Positions 1 through 10,407 of a DNA stretch of 64,000 nt are shown one piece after another. The DNA is from Nemertoderma westbladi. Taxonomy: Eukaryota; Animalia; Xenacoelomorpha. The notes beneath the pieces are model-generated. The model was not told where the DNA came from. It saw only the letters and a program-made list of their open reading frames with translations, and ran no database searches. Each line of letters begins with the position of its first letter. Position 1 is the stretch's first letter. The stretch lies in NCBI GenBank assembly GCA_032718475.1, contig JAUCBJ010008555.1, forward strand, positions 73,303-137,302, written 5' to 3'. Position numbers and translations under genes: made by a program.

Positions 1-3000
1 TCCTGTTTTATAAAACCGGTCCATACCTTCAGGTTATTGTCCTGTTTTATAAAACCGGTCCATATCTTCAGGTTATTGTCCTGTTTTATAAAACCGGTCC
101 ATATCTTCAGGTTATTGTCCTGTTTTATAAAACCGGTCCATATCTTCAGGTTATTGTCCTGTTTTATAAAACCGGTCCATATCTTCAGGTTATTGTCCTG
201 TTTTATAAAACCGGTCCATACCTTCAGGTTATTGTCCTGTTTTATAAAACCGGTCCATACCTTCAGGTTATTGTCCTGTTTTATAAAACCGGTCCATATA
301 TTCAGGTTATTGTCCTGTTTTATAAAACCGGTCCATATCTTCAGGTTATTGTCCTGTTTTATAAAACCGGTCCATATCTTCAGGTTATTGTCCTGTTTTA
401 TAAAACCGGTCCATATCTTCAGGTTATTGTCCTGTTTTATAAAACCGGTTCATATCTTCAGGTTATTGTCCTGTTTTATAAAACCGGTTCATACCTTCAG
501 GTTATTGTCCTGTTTTATAAAAACGGTCCATATCTATAGGTTATTGTCCTGTTTTATAAAACCGGTCCATATCTTCAGGTTATTGTCCTGTTTTATAAAA
601 CCGGTCCATACCTTCAGGTTATTGTACTGTTTTATAAAACCGGTCCATATATTCAGGTTATTGTCCTGTTTTATAAAACCGGTCCATATCTTCAGGTTAT
701 TGTCCTGTTTTATAAAACCGGTCCATATCTTCAGGTTATTGTCCTGTTTTATAAAACCGGTCCATATCTTCAGGTTATTGTCCTGTTTTATAAAACCGGT
801 CCATATCTTCAGGTTATTGTCCTGTTTTATAAAACCGGTCCATATCTTCAGGTTATTGTCCTGTTTTATAAAACCGGTCCATATCTTCAGGTTATTGTCC
901 TGTTTTATAAAACCGGTCCATATCTTCAGGTTATTGTCCTGTTTTATAAAACCGGTCCATATCTTCAGGTTATTGTCCTGTTTTATAAAACCGGTCCATA
1001 CCTTCAGGTTATTGTCCTGTTTTATTAAACCGGTCCATATATTCAGGTTATTGTCCTGTTTTATAAAACCGGTCCATATCTTCAGGTTATTGTCCTGTTT
1101 TATAAAACCGGTCCATATCTTCAGGTTATTGTCCTGTTTTATAAAACCGGTCCATATCTTCAGGTTATTGTCCTGTTTTATAAAACCGGTCCATATCTTC
1201 AGGTTATTGTCCTGTTTTATAAAACCGGTCCATATCTTCAGGTTATTGTCCTGTTTTATAAAACCGGTCCATATCTTCAGGTTATTGTCCTGTTTTATAA
1301 AACCGGTCCATATCTTCAGGTTATTGTCCTGTTTTATAAAACCGGTCCATATCTTCAGGTTATTGTCCTGTTTTATAAAACCGGTCCATATATTCAGGTT
1401 ATTGTCCTGTTTTATAAAACCGGTCCATATCTTCAGGTTATTGTCCTGTTTTATAAAACCGGTCCATATCTTCAGGTTATTGTCCTGTTTTATAAAACCG
1501 GTCCATATCTTCAGGTTATTGTCCTGTTTTATAAAACCGGTCCATATCTTCAGGTTATTGTCCTGTTTTATAAAACCGGTCCATATCTTCAGGTTATTGT
1601 CCTGTTTTATAAAACCGGTCCATATCTTCAGGTTATTGTCCTGTTTTATAAAACCAGTCCATATCTTCAGGTTATTGTCCTCTTTTATAAAACCGGTCCA
1701 TATATTCAGGTTATTGTCCTGTTTTATAAAACCAGTCCATATCTTCAGGTTATTGTCCTGTTTTATAAAACCGGTCCATATCTTCAGGTTATTGTCCTGT
1801 TTTATAAAACCGGTCCATATATTCAGGTTATTGTCCTGTTTTATAAAACCGGTCCATATATTCAGGTTATTGTCCTGTTTTATAAAACCGGTCCATATCT
1901 TCAGGTTATTGTCCTGTTTTATAAAACCGGTCCATATCTTCAGGTTATTGTCCTGTTTTATAAAACCGGTCCATATCTTCAGGTTATTGTCCTGTTTTAT
2001 AAAACCGGTCCATACCTTCAGATTATTGTCCTGTTTTATAAAACCGGTCCATATATTCAGGTTATTGTCCTGTTTTATAAAACCGGTCCATATCTTCAGG
2101 TTATTGTCCTGTTTTATAAAACCGGTCCATATCTTCAGGTTATTGTCCTGTTTTATAAAACCGGTCCATATCTTCAGGTTATTGTCCTGTTTTATAAAAC
2201 CGGTCCATATCTTCAGGTTATTGTCCTGTTTTATAAAACCGGTCCATATCTTCAGGTTATTGTCCTGTTTTATAAAACCGGTCCATATCTTCAGGTTATT
2301 GTCCTGTTTTATAAAACCGGTCCATATCTTCAGGTTATTGTCCTGTTTTATAAAACCGGTCCATATATTCAGGTTATTGTCCTGTTTTATAAAACCGGTC
2401 CATATCTTCAGGTTATTGTCCTGTTTTATAAAACCGGTCCATATCTTCAGGTTATTGTCCTGTTTTATAAAACCGGTCCATATCTTCAGGTTATTGTCCT
2501 GTTTTATAAAACCGGTCCATATCTTCAGGTTATTGTCCTGTTTTATAAAACCGGTCCATACCTTCAGGTTATTGTCCTGTTTTATAAAACCGGTCCATAT
2601 CTTCAGGTTACTGTCCTGTTTTATAAAACCGGTCCATATCTTCAGGTTATTGTCCTGTTTTATAAAACCGGTCCATACCTTCAGGTTATTGTCCTGTTTT
2701 ATAAAACCGGTCCATATATTCCTGGTTATTGTCCTGTTTTATAAAACCGGTCCATATCTTCAGGTTATTGTCCTGTTTTATAAAACCGGTCCATATCTTC
2801 AGGTTATTGTCCTGTTTTATAAAACCGGTCCATATCTTCAGGTTATTGTCCTGTTTTATAAAACCGGTCCATATCTTCAGGTTATTGTCCTGTTTTATAA
2901 AACCGGTCCATATCTTCAGGTTATTGTCCTGTTTTATAAAACCGGTCCATATCTTCAGGTTATTGTCCTGTTTTATAAAACCGGTCCATATCTTCAGGGA

Positions 3001-3052
3001 ATTGTCCTGCTTTATAAAACTGGTCCATATCTTCAGGTTATTGTCCCTTTTT
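1..3052. repeat. 39-bp minisatellite (TCCTGTTTTATAAAACCGGTCCATATCTTCAGGTTATTG)n, about 78 copies in window, intronic, runs off the left edge
   Basis: Near-identical 39-bp units read directly. The array ends about 45 bp before the acceptor of the exon at 3098. Confidence 0.98.
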
Positions 3053-3097
3053 ATAGAAACTGTTCAACGCTTTAGTATTTTCTTTACTGTGTTACAG

Positions 3098-3259
3098 AGC
3101 CAGGCCCCTGCCACAATCACGACTGCTCCAGCCCAATCGGTTCGGTTTGTGTTGAGGTTGACGGAGCTGCTGTCTGCGAATGTCCACCGGGTACAATATA
3201 TATAGAGGCTACGGATGAGTGCTTTATAGACGACCCATGCGCCGCTCTAAACGAACCAC
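3098..3259 (+). CDS. Exon a: EGF-like domain
   Basis: ttacag| ... |gtaagt; PGPCHNHDCSSPIGSVCVEVDGAAVCECPPGTIYIEATDECFIDDPC. Confidence 0.9.
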
Positions 3260-3483
3260 GTAAGTTATCAGTTCACGGTCACGGTAAATGCGACACGTCA
3301 TTGGCTATTATATAAGTTCTTACGTGTGTTTGATAGGTGATTGGTTTTCTTACAAATGGTTGTCATATACAGTACTGTGGGATTGATTTGTATTATGACA
3401 TTTACCAAACTAAAATACGTAAAAGTAACAGTAAACTACTTATTTACACTGTAATAAATTGTTTAATATACTTTCACTTTCAG

Positions 3484-3600
3484 CTGGACAATGCGGAGGT
3501 GTAGCCAATGCGGAATGCGTTGCCCTAGGCGACGGTAGTGGTGGTACTACATGTGTATGTAAGGCAGGATTCAGCGGTGACCCAGAAGTCTCTTGTGATC
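3484..3600 (+). CDS. Exon b: EGF-like domain
   Basis: tttcag| ... |gtaagt; GQCGGVANAECVALGDGSGGTTCVCKAGFSGDPEVSCD. Confidence 0.92.
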
Positions 3601-3907
3601 GTAAGTGAACTATTGTTTTACTTACCTGTTGAACTACTCGAAATGTCCAGTAATTTTAATTCGCAAATAATGGTCTATAAAGTTAGAGTATAGGTTTATA
3701 GTATTTTCTACCGTATTCTAGATGAAATTTAGAATAAGTCATTAAAAGTGCGTTACCAATCTTGATATCGTATTTCCGATTGGACTACAAAATATATCTT
3801 TAGAACGTATTACTTTATATAGCCTCTGTCACCCACTGTGGTTAACCCAACTATCACCTGTCCTCCTCCCAACCAATAGTTCTAGAACGTGGTATTTTAT
3901 GTTGCAG

Positions 3908-4042
3908 CTGACCCCAGTTGCGGGGGCGACCCATCTACAACGTGTCCACCCAACGAGTCCTGCATTGGATTGGACGCCAACAACAATCCAATATGCGTAT
4001 GTTTCCCAGGGTTCACCCGCAATGCTGCCGGAATTTGTGAGG
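3908..4042 (+). CDS. Exon c: EGF-like domain
   Basis: ttgcag| ... |gtaaga; DPSCGGDPSTTCPPNESCIGLDANNNPICVCFPGFTRNAAGICE. Confidence 0.92.
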
Positions 4043-4313
4043 GTAAGAATGTTGAAACATATTAAATATACAGGATAATTAATAATCATTTAATTATTAA
4101 TAAATATTCTAGAACCCATGTTCAAAGAATCAAATACTTCAAACCCCAAATCCCATGTTAAAACATAATATATTAACTATGGTTTAATAGGCCTAAATAA
4201 AAATGACTAAAGATTTGTTAATTAAAATTATGAATTTGGTGCCTTTTAAATCACATAACTTGTTTTGTAATTAAATTTAAACACAAAAATAATCAAAAAT
4301 TTATCCCTTTTAG

Positions 4314-4445
4314 ATGACGATGAATGTGCTGATTCGCCTAACGGTAACGCCGATTGCCATGACAACGCCCACTGTGTGAATACTCCAGGAGGATATTACT
4401 GCGAATGTAATGAAGGATATGTTGGAGACGGCCACGAATGTGTTG
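4314..4445 (+). CDS. Exon d: calcium-binding EGF
   Basis: ttttag| ... |gtaagt; DDDECADSPNGNADCHDNAHCVNTPGGYYCECNEGYVGDGHECV. Confidence 0.93.
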
Positions 4446-4669
4446 GTAAGTAATTACTACGACTTACTATAGGAAATACAAATTCAAAAAACAAAAAATA
4501 CAACCTGTTCCTTTCCCTAAATTCGGTAATAATCAATGTCGATTGGCCTATATAAATATGTGATTTGCTTCAATAATTATTCCTCCCAGTCTCAACTAAG
4601 TCTATAATGTATGAGTTGAGTTACTGACATTAGCCGGCCGATTCAGTAATTATTTCCCTCCCGTTTCAG

Positions 4670-4921
4670 ACGAGAACGAATGTAACCGACCAGTGAACCC
4701 GTGTCCCGGAGACTCGCAATGTATCAACAAACCCGACGGCTACGTGTGTCTCTGTCCGGAGGGCTACCACCCCCGACCCAACGGCGGTTGCGATGACGAC
4801 AACGAGTGCGTGATGCAGACCCACAACTGCGACGCAAACTCGGAGGTCTGCGTGAATTACGAGGGAGGATTCAGCTGCGAGTGCGCCACGGGATACGTCC
4901 CGACAGCCAATGGATGCCAAG
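4670..4921 (+). CDS. Exon e: two calcium-binding EGF
   Basis: tttcag| ... |gtgaga; DENECNRPVNPCPGDSQC...DDNECVMQTHNC...GCQ. Confidence 0.93.
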
Positions 4922-5239
4922 GTGAGATACTATAATACAATCCAACAATCCAAGGTAAGATACCGTTTCTACTCAAAAGATAGCCAATAGAATCGAAGGT
5001 AAGATAGGATTTTGTTGTTACCATAACGATGAGAGAAGTTCAGATACAGTTTGTCGATAAACAGTTAGTATTTAGGTGCGAAGAATTCGAATTCATAATA
5101 TATTCTGATTAAGATTGTCTTCCTTCAGGTACCAAAAGAGGAAGTTAAGATACGTATTGTCACTGATCTGTCAATTAGAGTGTTGGAGTTGCATCTTATA
5201 TTATTTTATATTTTATCTCTGTAATTTGCTCCCCAACAG

Positions 5240-5359
5240 ACGTCAACGAATGTAACGCGGCTGACGTCTGCGGATTGATTGGAATTTGTACAAACAGCTT
5301 GGGATCCTATTACTGTGACTGTCCCCAAGGATACAGACGTGTTGGCAGCGCCTGTGAAG
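5240..5359 (+). CDS. Exon f: calcium-binding EGF
   Basis: caacag| ... |gtaaat; DVNECNAADVCGLIGICTNSLGSYYCDCPQGYRRVGSACE. Confidence 0.92.
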
Positions 5360-5653
5360 GTAAATTATTCTTTAAGATATTGTGTGAAGAGTGGGAAGTG
5401 TTAACTTAGGTTTTTTTTACGTGACGTCTAGCTAGTGATACTTAGCAAATGAACAAAATATATTACAGCATCATCTTTTATAATTTTTGACAGTAAACGT
5501 TCCCGCGTGTGGCAAACCAAACGTGACGAACTGGGCAAACCTACACGCCATTGATTATTCACATATCTTTTACATGTGAACATTTGTATCATGCCACTGA
5601 TTGGTCACATTATTATAAAGCGTTTATTATTTGTTGTAACTGCTCCTACCCAG

Positions 5654-5927
5654 ATATCGACGAGTGCAGTGAACCCGATGGTAGCGCGTACGCCGACGAT
5701 TGCGAGTCCACCGCGATGTGCGTCAACGACCCGGGCAGCTTCCATTGCGTCTGTAACCCCGGTTACACGGGGTCCCCCTGCGCCGACGTCGACGAGTGTT
5801 CCGGATCCGCTGTCTGTGACGTCAACGCGATCTGCGAGAACCGCGACGGCTCCTACAGCTGCCAGTGTATGGAAGGTTTCGACGGTGATGGTTCGACTTG
5901 CGTCGATGTCAACGAATGTCAGATAAT
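5654..5927 (+). CDS. Exon g: two calcium-binding EGF plus start of next
   Basis: acccag| ... |gtgagt (phase 2); DIDECSEPDG...DVDECSGSAVC...DVNECQI. Confidence 0.93.
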
Positions 5928-6010
5928 GTGAGTCCCATTTGTACTGGGGACGCAAATTGCCGGGCTACAATATAATTCCAAGTAGTATTTTCAGGTTTAC
6001 CTTCTATCTG

Positions 6011-6240
6011 AGCTGCTATAAGAATGGTTAGAGCTTCAAACTTCCAAACTGGTGGTCACCTGTTCGATCCCACATCAATGCCAACTTGACTAAACTGTCT
6101 CCAAAACAAATTAAAGACTGTCTGTGCAATAGAACTGAATTAAATAGAAAGGCTAGGGTCAGGGGAGAGTGGCTGAACCGATTAGCTCTACTGTAGAGGC
6201 CTGATAGGCCGAAACGTACGTATAGCTCTGGTTCAATCCC
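6011..6240 (+). mobile_element. Putative tRNA-headed SINE-like element ending in a hammerhead ribozyme (degenerate)
   Basis: A-box-like TGGTTAGAGC (6025-6034), CTTCCAA loop (6041-6047, like the tRNA-Gly(TCC) anticodon loop), B-box-like GTTCGATCCC (6062-6071), then a body shared with 37843-37895, then the hammerhead. Confidence 0.5.
6174..6235 (+). ncRNA. Minimal type I hammerhead ribozyme motif (A6U core variant)
   Basis: CTA-CTGTAGA-GGCCT/GAT/AGGCC-GAAAC-GTAC-GTA^TAG. Distal stem I TGAACC (6174-6179) pairs with GGTTCA (6230-6235). Palindromic ACGTACGT stem/loop III. Confidence 0.65.
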
Positions 6241-6403
6241 CCCCCCCCCCCCCCTCCTTCTTCCTTTAATTTTTCTCATTTTTTTCCATTTATGAACAAC
6301 TTATTACAATATCATTTAACAGCTCAACTACAATTCATTTATTTAATCAAAGTTGCAATAGGAGCGTTATTGTTTGAGCCTATTATTTAATTTTGTATTG
6401 CAG

Positions 6404-6633
6404 CGCCGACTTATGCGGAATGTTTAGCAACTCTCATTGCGAGAACACAATAGGAAGTTACGAGTGCATCTGCAATGCCGGTTTCAACCAAGATAAGAAC
6501 TGCGACGATATAAACGAATGCGAGAACGGCCAACACGACTGTCACGTAGACGCCTATTGCGTGAATACAAACGGAGGATACAACTGTGTCTGTAGGGATG
6601 GGTACGAAGGCGACGGGCGTATACAGTGCAACA
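6404..6633 (+). CDS. Exon h: calcium-binding EGF domains
   Basis: ttgcag| ... |gttagt; ADLCGMFSNSHCENTIGSYECIC...DINECENGQHDC...GDGRIQCN. Confidence 0.92.
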
Positions 6634-7817
6634 GTTAGTCACATAAGTATAGCTGTGCGTATATAGTGCAACAGTTAGTCACCTAAGTATATAGACGGGC
6701 GTATACAGTGCAGCAGTTAGTCACATAAGTATAGACGGACGTATATAGTGCAACAGTTAGTCACATAAGTATAGCTGTGCGTATATAGTGCAACAGTTAG
6801 TCACCTAAGTATATAGACGGGCGTATACAGTGCAGCAGTTAGTCACATAAGTATATATACGGGCGTATATAGTGCAACAGTTAGTCACACAAGTATAGAC
6901 GAGCGTATACAGTGCAACTGTTAGTAATATAAGTATAGGCGGACGTGTACAGTGCAACAGTTAGTCACACAAGTATAGACGAGCGTATACAGTGCAACTG
7001 TTAGTAACACAAGTATAGACGGACGTATATAGTGCAACAGTTAGTCACACAAGTATAGACGGACGTATATAGTGCAACAGTTAGTCACTTAAGTATAGAC
7101 ATGCGTATATATTGCAACAGAGTATAGACGGGCGTATATAATGCAACAGTTAGTCACTTAAGTATAGACGGGCGTATATAGTGCAACATTTAGTCACACA
7201 AGTATAGACGGACGTATATAGTGCAACAGTTAGTCACACAAGTATAGACGGACGTATATAGTGCAACAGTTAGTCACTTAAGTATAGACGGGCGTATATA
7301 GTGCAACAGTTAGTCACACAAGTATAGACGGTCGTATATAGTGCAACAGTTAGTCACTTAAGTATAGACATGCGTATATAGTGCAACAGAGTATAGACGG
7401 GCGTATATAATGCAACAGTTAGTCACACAAGTATAGACGGACGTATATAGTGCAACAGTTAGTCACACAAGTATAGACGGACGTATATAGTGCAACAGTT
7501 AGTCACTTAAGTATAGACATGCGTATATAGTGCAACAGTTATAGTCACACAAGTATAGACTGACGTATATAGTGCAACAGTTAGTCACATAAGTATAGAC
7601 GGACGTATACAGTGCAACTGTTGGTAACATAAGTATAGACGGACGTATATAGTGCAACTGTTGGTAACATAAGTAGGCGGACGTGTACAGTGCAACAGTT
7701 AGTCACATAAGTATAGACGGGCGTGTACAATACAACAGTTAGTTACTTAAGTATAGACGGACGTATATAGTGCAATAGTTAGTCACACAAGTATAGACGG
7801 GCGTATATAGTGCAACA
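6612..7817. repeat. 40-bp minisatellite, left part (about 30 copies); unit = last 22 nt of exon h + first 18 nt of intron
   Basis: GACGGGCGTATACAGTGCAACA|GTTAGTCACATAAGTATA repeated. The first copy overlaps the exon. Confidence 0.95.
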
Positions 7818-8442
7818 ACTCCCTTTTCCTTTCTTTTTACTGTAGGCCTACCGGTATTGGTATACAATTAATTACCCCCAGTTAAGTTTAAATTACTCCA
7901 AGTACCGTTTTTCTACATCGTATATACCACCAGTCAGGCAGTACCGTTTTCTATATCGTACATACACACTTACCGGTATTAATATATAAATGTTATTTTT
8001 GTCGAATAATGCCTTTTATACCGGTACTTTGTACCAGTATTCCGGCACAAAATATTTGACCTGCCACACGTAAAAATACACTGTTGACTCTCCCGTGGGC
8101 AGTCATGTGGGGTCTGATACCTGCCTCACTGTTGCTTAAGCGTTGGCGTACTGTGCTACAGCCAGTTTCTTGTTGTATAGTGAACTAGAATTATATTGGG
8201 TGATGGTTGTTTTATATTTGTTGTCCGTTTATGTAAGTTGTATTTTGGTTTGTTTATGTAGAAGTACAGTTTTCGTACATAGCCCGACTCGACTGACATT
8301 GCGCGTTGTTTTATTACTCACAGCCCCATTCCACTGGCCACTTTTTCTTGTTTGTTCAAACTTTAAACTTACTAATAATGCATTATATTGTTTGCAAGCC
8401 AGTAACAACCAAATGTTTCTACATTATCCGACAAAATGTGGC

Positions 8443-10193
8443 TGTCTATCATTGGGACACTCAAGGGAGGTTTCGGTTGCAAAATTGAGTTTCTTTATTA
8501 ACGCGCTCGCATTCAATCGTTTTGTATTTACAAATTACGGGCAGTTATGATAATGAAATATGGACAATAAAAGCACTAATAAATAACATAATATATTTCG
8601 ATAACGTAGTAAAAATATGGATAAAATAAGGGGAGGGGAAATGAATGAATCATTTACTTCGAGTATATGTGGTTACAAATATCAGCAGAAATAAAGTGTT
8701 ATATCAAAGTAAATGAAATGGGACGAATGAAAAGGCGTGCAAGTGAGTGGACGGGAGCGGGCGAGCGAGCGAGCGAGCGAGCGAGCGAGCGAGCGGTAAA
8801 AAACAATTTGTGACAACCGGTGGAGAAAATAGGAAGACTGACGAAATTGCTCAGAATGAAGTATTAGTATATAATGGTAAATTATTACATCGCGAGGTGA
8901 TAACAGGAGGTCAAGATGCTGAATGGAGGGGGTCAGGCCTAAAACATGAGGTTTGCATTGATGTAACACATGACAGGCATACTAGGGCTAACAAATTAGT
9001 AGATTCGACCAATGAATGTGCAGAGATTCAATAATTCTGTTTGAGGTTGATGGGCGTTGTGAAGGGTTATATTATTAATTATATAATATAATGTCAGTAT
9101 ATATCGAGAGGGGGGTGGTTATATGAGTGAACATGTGGCATCCCGCTTTCACCTGGGGCCACTTACAGTACTTGATAATGTTAGTGGGACTGAGGGGGGG
9201 TTTATTATATGAATGAAATGTGGAATCCCGCTGTAACCCGAGTCCACGTACTGTACAAAATGATCATGTTAGTAAGACAAGACTTGGGGGGTTTATTATA
9301 TGAATGAAATGTGGAATCCCGCTGTAACCCGAGTCCACGTACTGTACGAAATGATCATGTTAGTAAGATGGATGGGTGTGTCGTACGTATTTTGATGATT
9401 TAAATGGTCAGATTATATTGAGGGTGCCGCACCAAGTCAAGGAATTTTGTTAGTTTCTGCTATAGATAGACTGGTCAATCTACGGGAATGAAAGTCTAGT
9501 TTTTCGGTATGTGTGTGTACAAGTATGCAAACATGCGAACCTTTTGATTAACATACCGGCGACAACAATGACATAATTTGGGGACGAAGTGAGTATTACA
9601 ATTTTGGGACAAAACGATAAATACATAACTGAGGCGAAAATAAGAGAGGACAGGGCGTCAAGTACTAACACAATCAACTCACGTGTAGAGTTAGTAAGAA
9701 AGTGAAAGTAATTGAGAGGGTGAGGTCAAGTACTAGCACTAACAACTCGCGATCGGAGTTAGTAAGAAAGTGAAAGTAATTGAGAGGGTGAGGTCGAGTA
9801 CTACCACAATTAACTCACGTGTGGAGTTAGTAAGAAAGTGAAAGTAATTGAGAGGGTGAGGTCGAGTACTACCACAATCAACTCACGTGTGGAGTTAGTA
9901 AGAAAGTGAAAGTAATTGAGAGGGTGAGGTCGAGTACTACCACAATCAACTCACGTGTGGAGTTAGTAAGAAAGTGAAAGTAATTGAGAGGGTGAGGTCA
10001 AGTACTAGCACTAACAACTCGCGATCGGAGTTAGTAAGAAAGTGAAGTAATTAACACAGAGTGAGAGAGAGAGTGAGAGAGAGACAGGGAGAGAGAGAGA
10101 GAAATCGATTAAAGGCGGGTAAAGCGAGTGAGGTAAAGTAAATCGAGTGATATAAAGTGAATGTTAAAGGAAATGTTAGAGCGTTGGTTGACA
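8443..10193 (-). repeat. 3' LTR of BEL/Pao element (1751 bp)
   Basis: Direct repeat of 17987-19729. The visible difference is two extra GAGC units. Confidence 0.95.
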
Positions 10194-10407
10194 CACCGCC
10201 CCTCTTGGCAGGGAGTGCCAAAATGAGACATAGGAAAACCAACGCGATATAGATAGTGATAGGGTGTAAGGAAATACTCAACCGCCACCATACTAAAGGG
10301 TTAATATCAACAACGAGTTAGTACGTGTGAGATAATGAGAGAGTTCCATGTTCGAGGCGACGCGACATCGAATTTGAGTTCGAAACAATGTTACATCGAG
10401 TTTGTGT

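Noticed and set aside
37-3075. 1012-aa ORF of 13-aa repeats
   Set aside because: Artefact of a stop-free 39-bp satellite lying in an intron; no non-repetitive coding context.
6011-6080. Functional tRNA gene
   Set aside because: Acceptor, anticodon and T stems do not pair; only box-like motifs remain.
6612-7817. CRISPR-like array (also considered for 1-3052, 28632-30340 and 50540-52085)
   Set aside because: Units are head-to-tail with no unique spacers, there are no cas genes, and the context is eukaryotic.
8747-9034. Small ORFs duplicated in both LTRs
   Set aside because: Driven by a GAGC microsatellite, differ between LTRs at the N-terminus, and show no recognisable domain.
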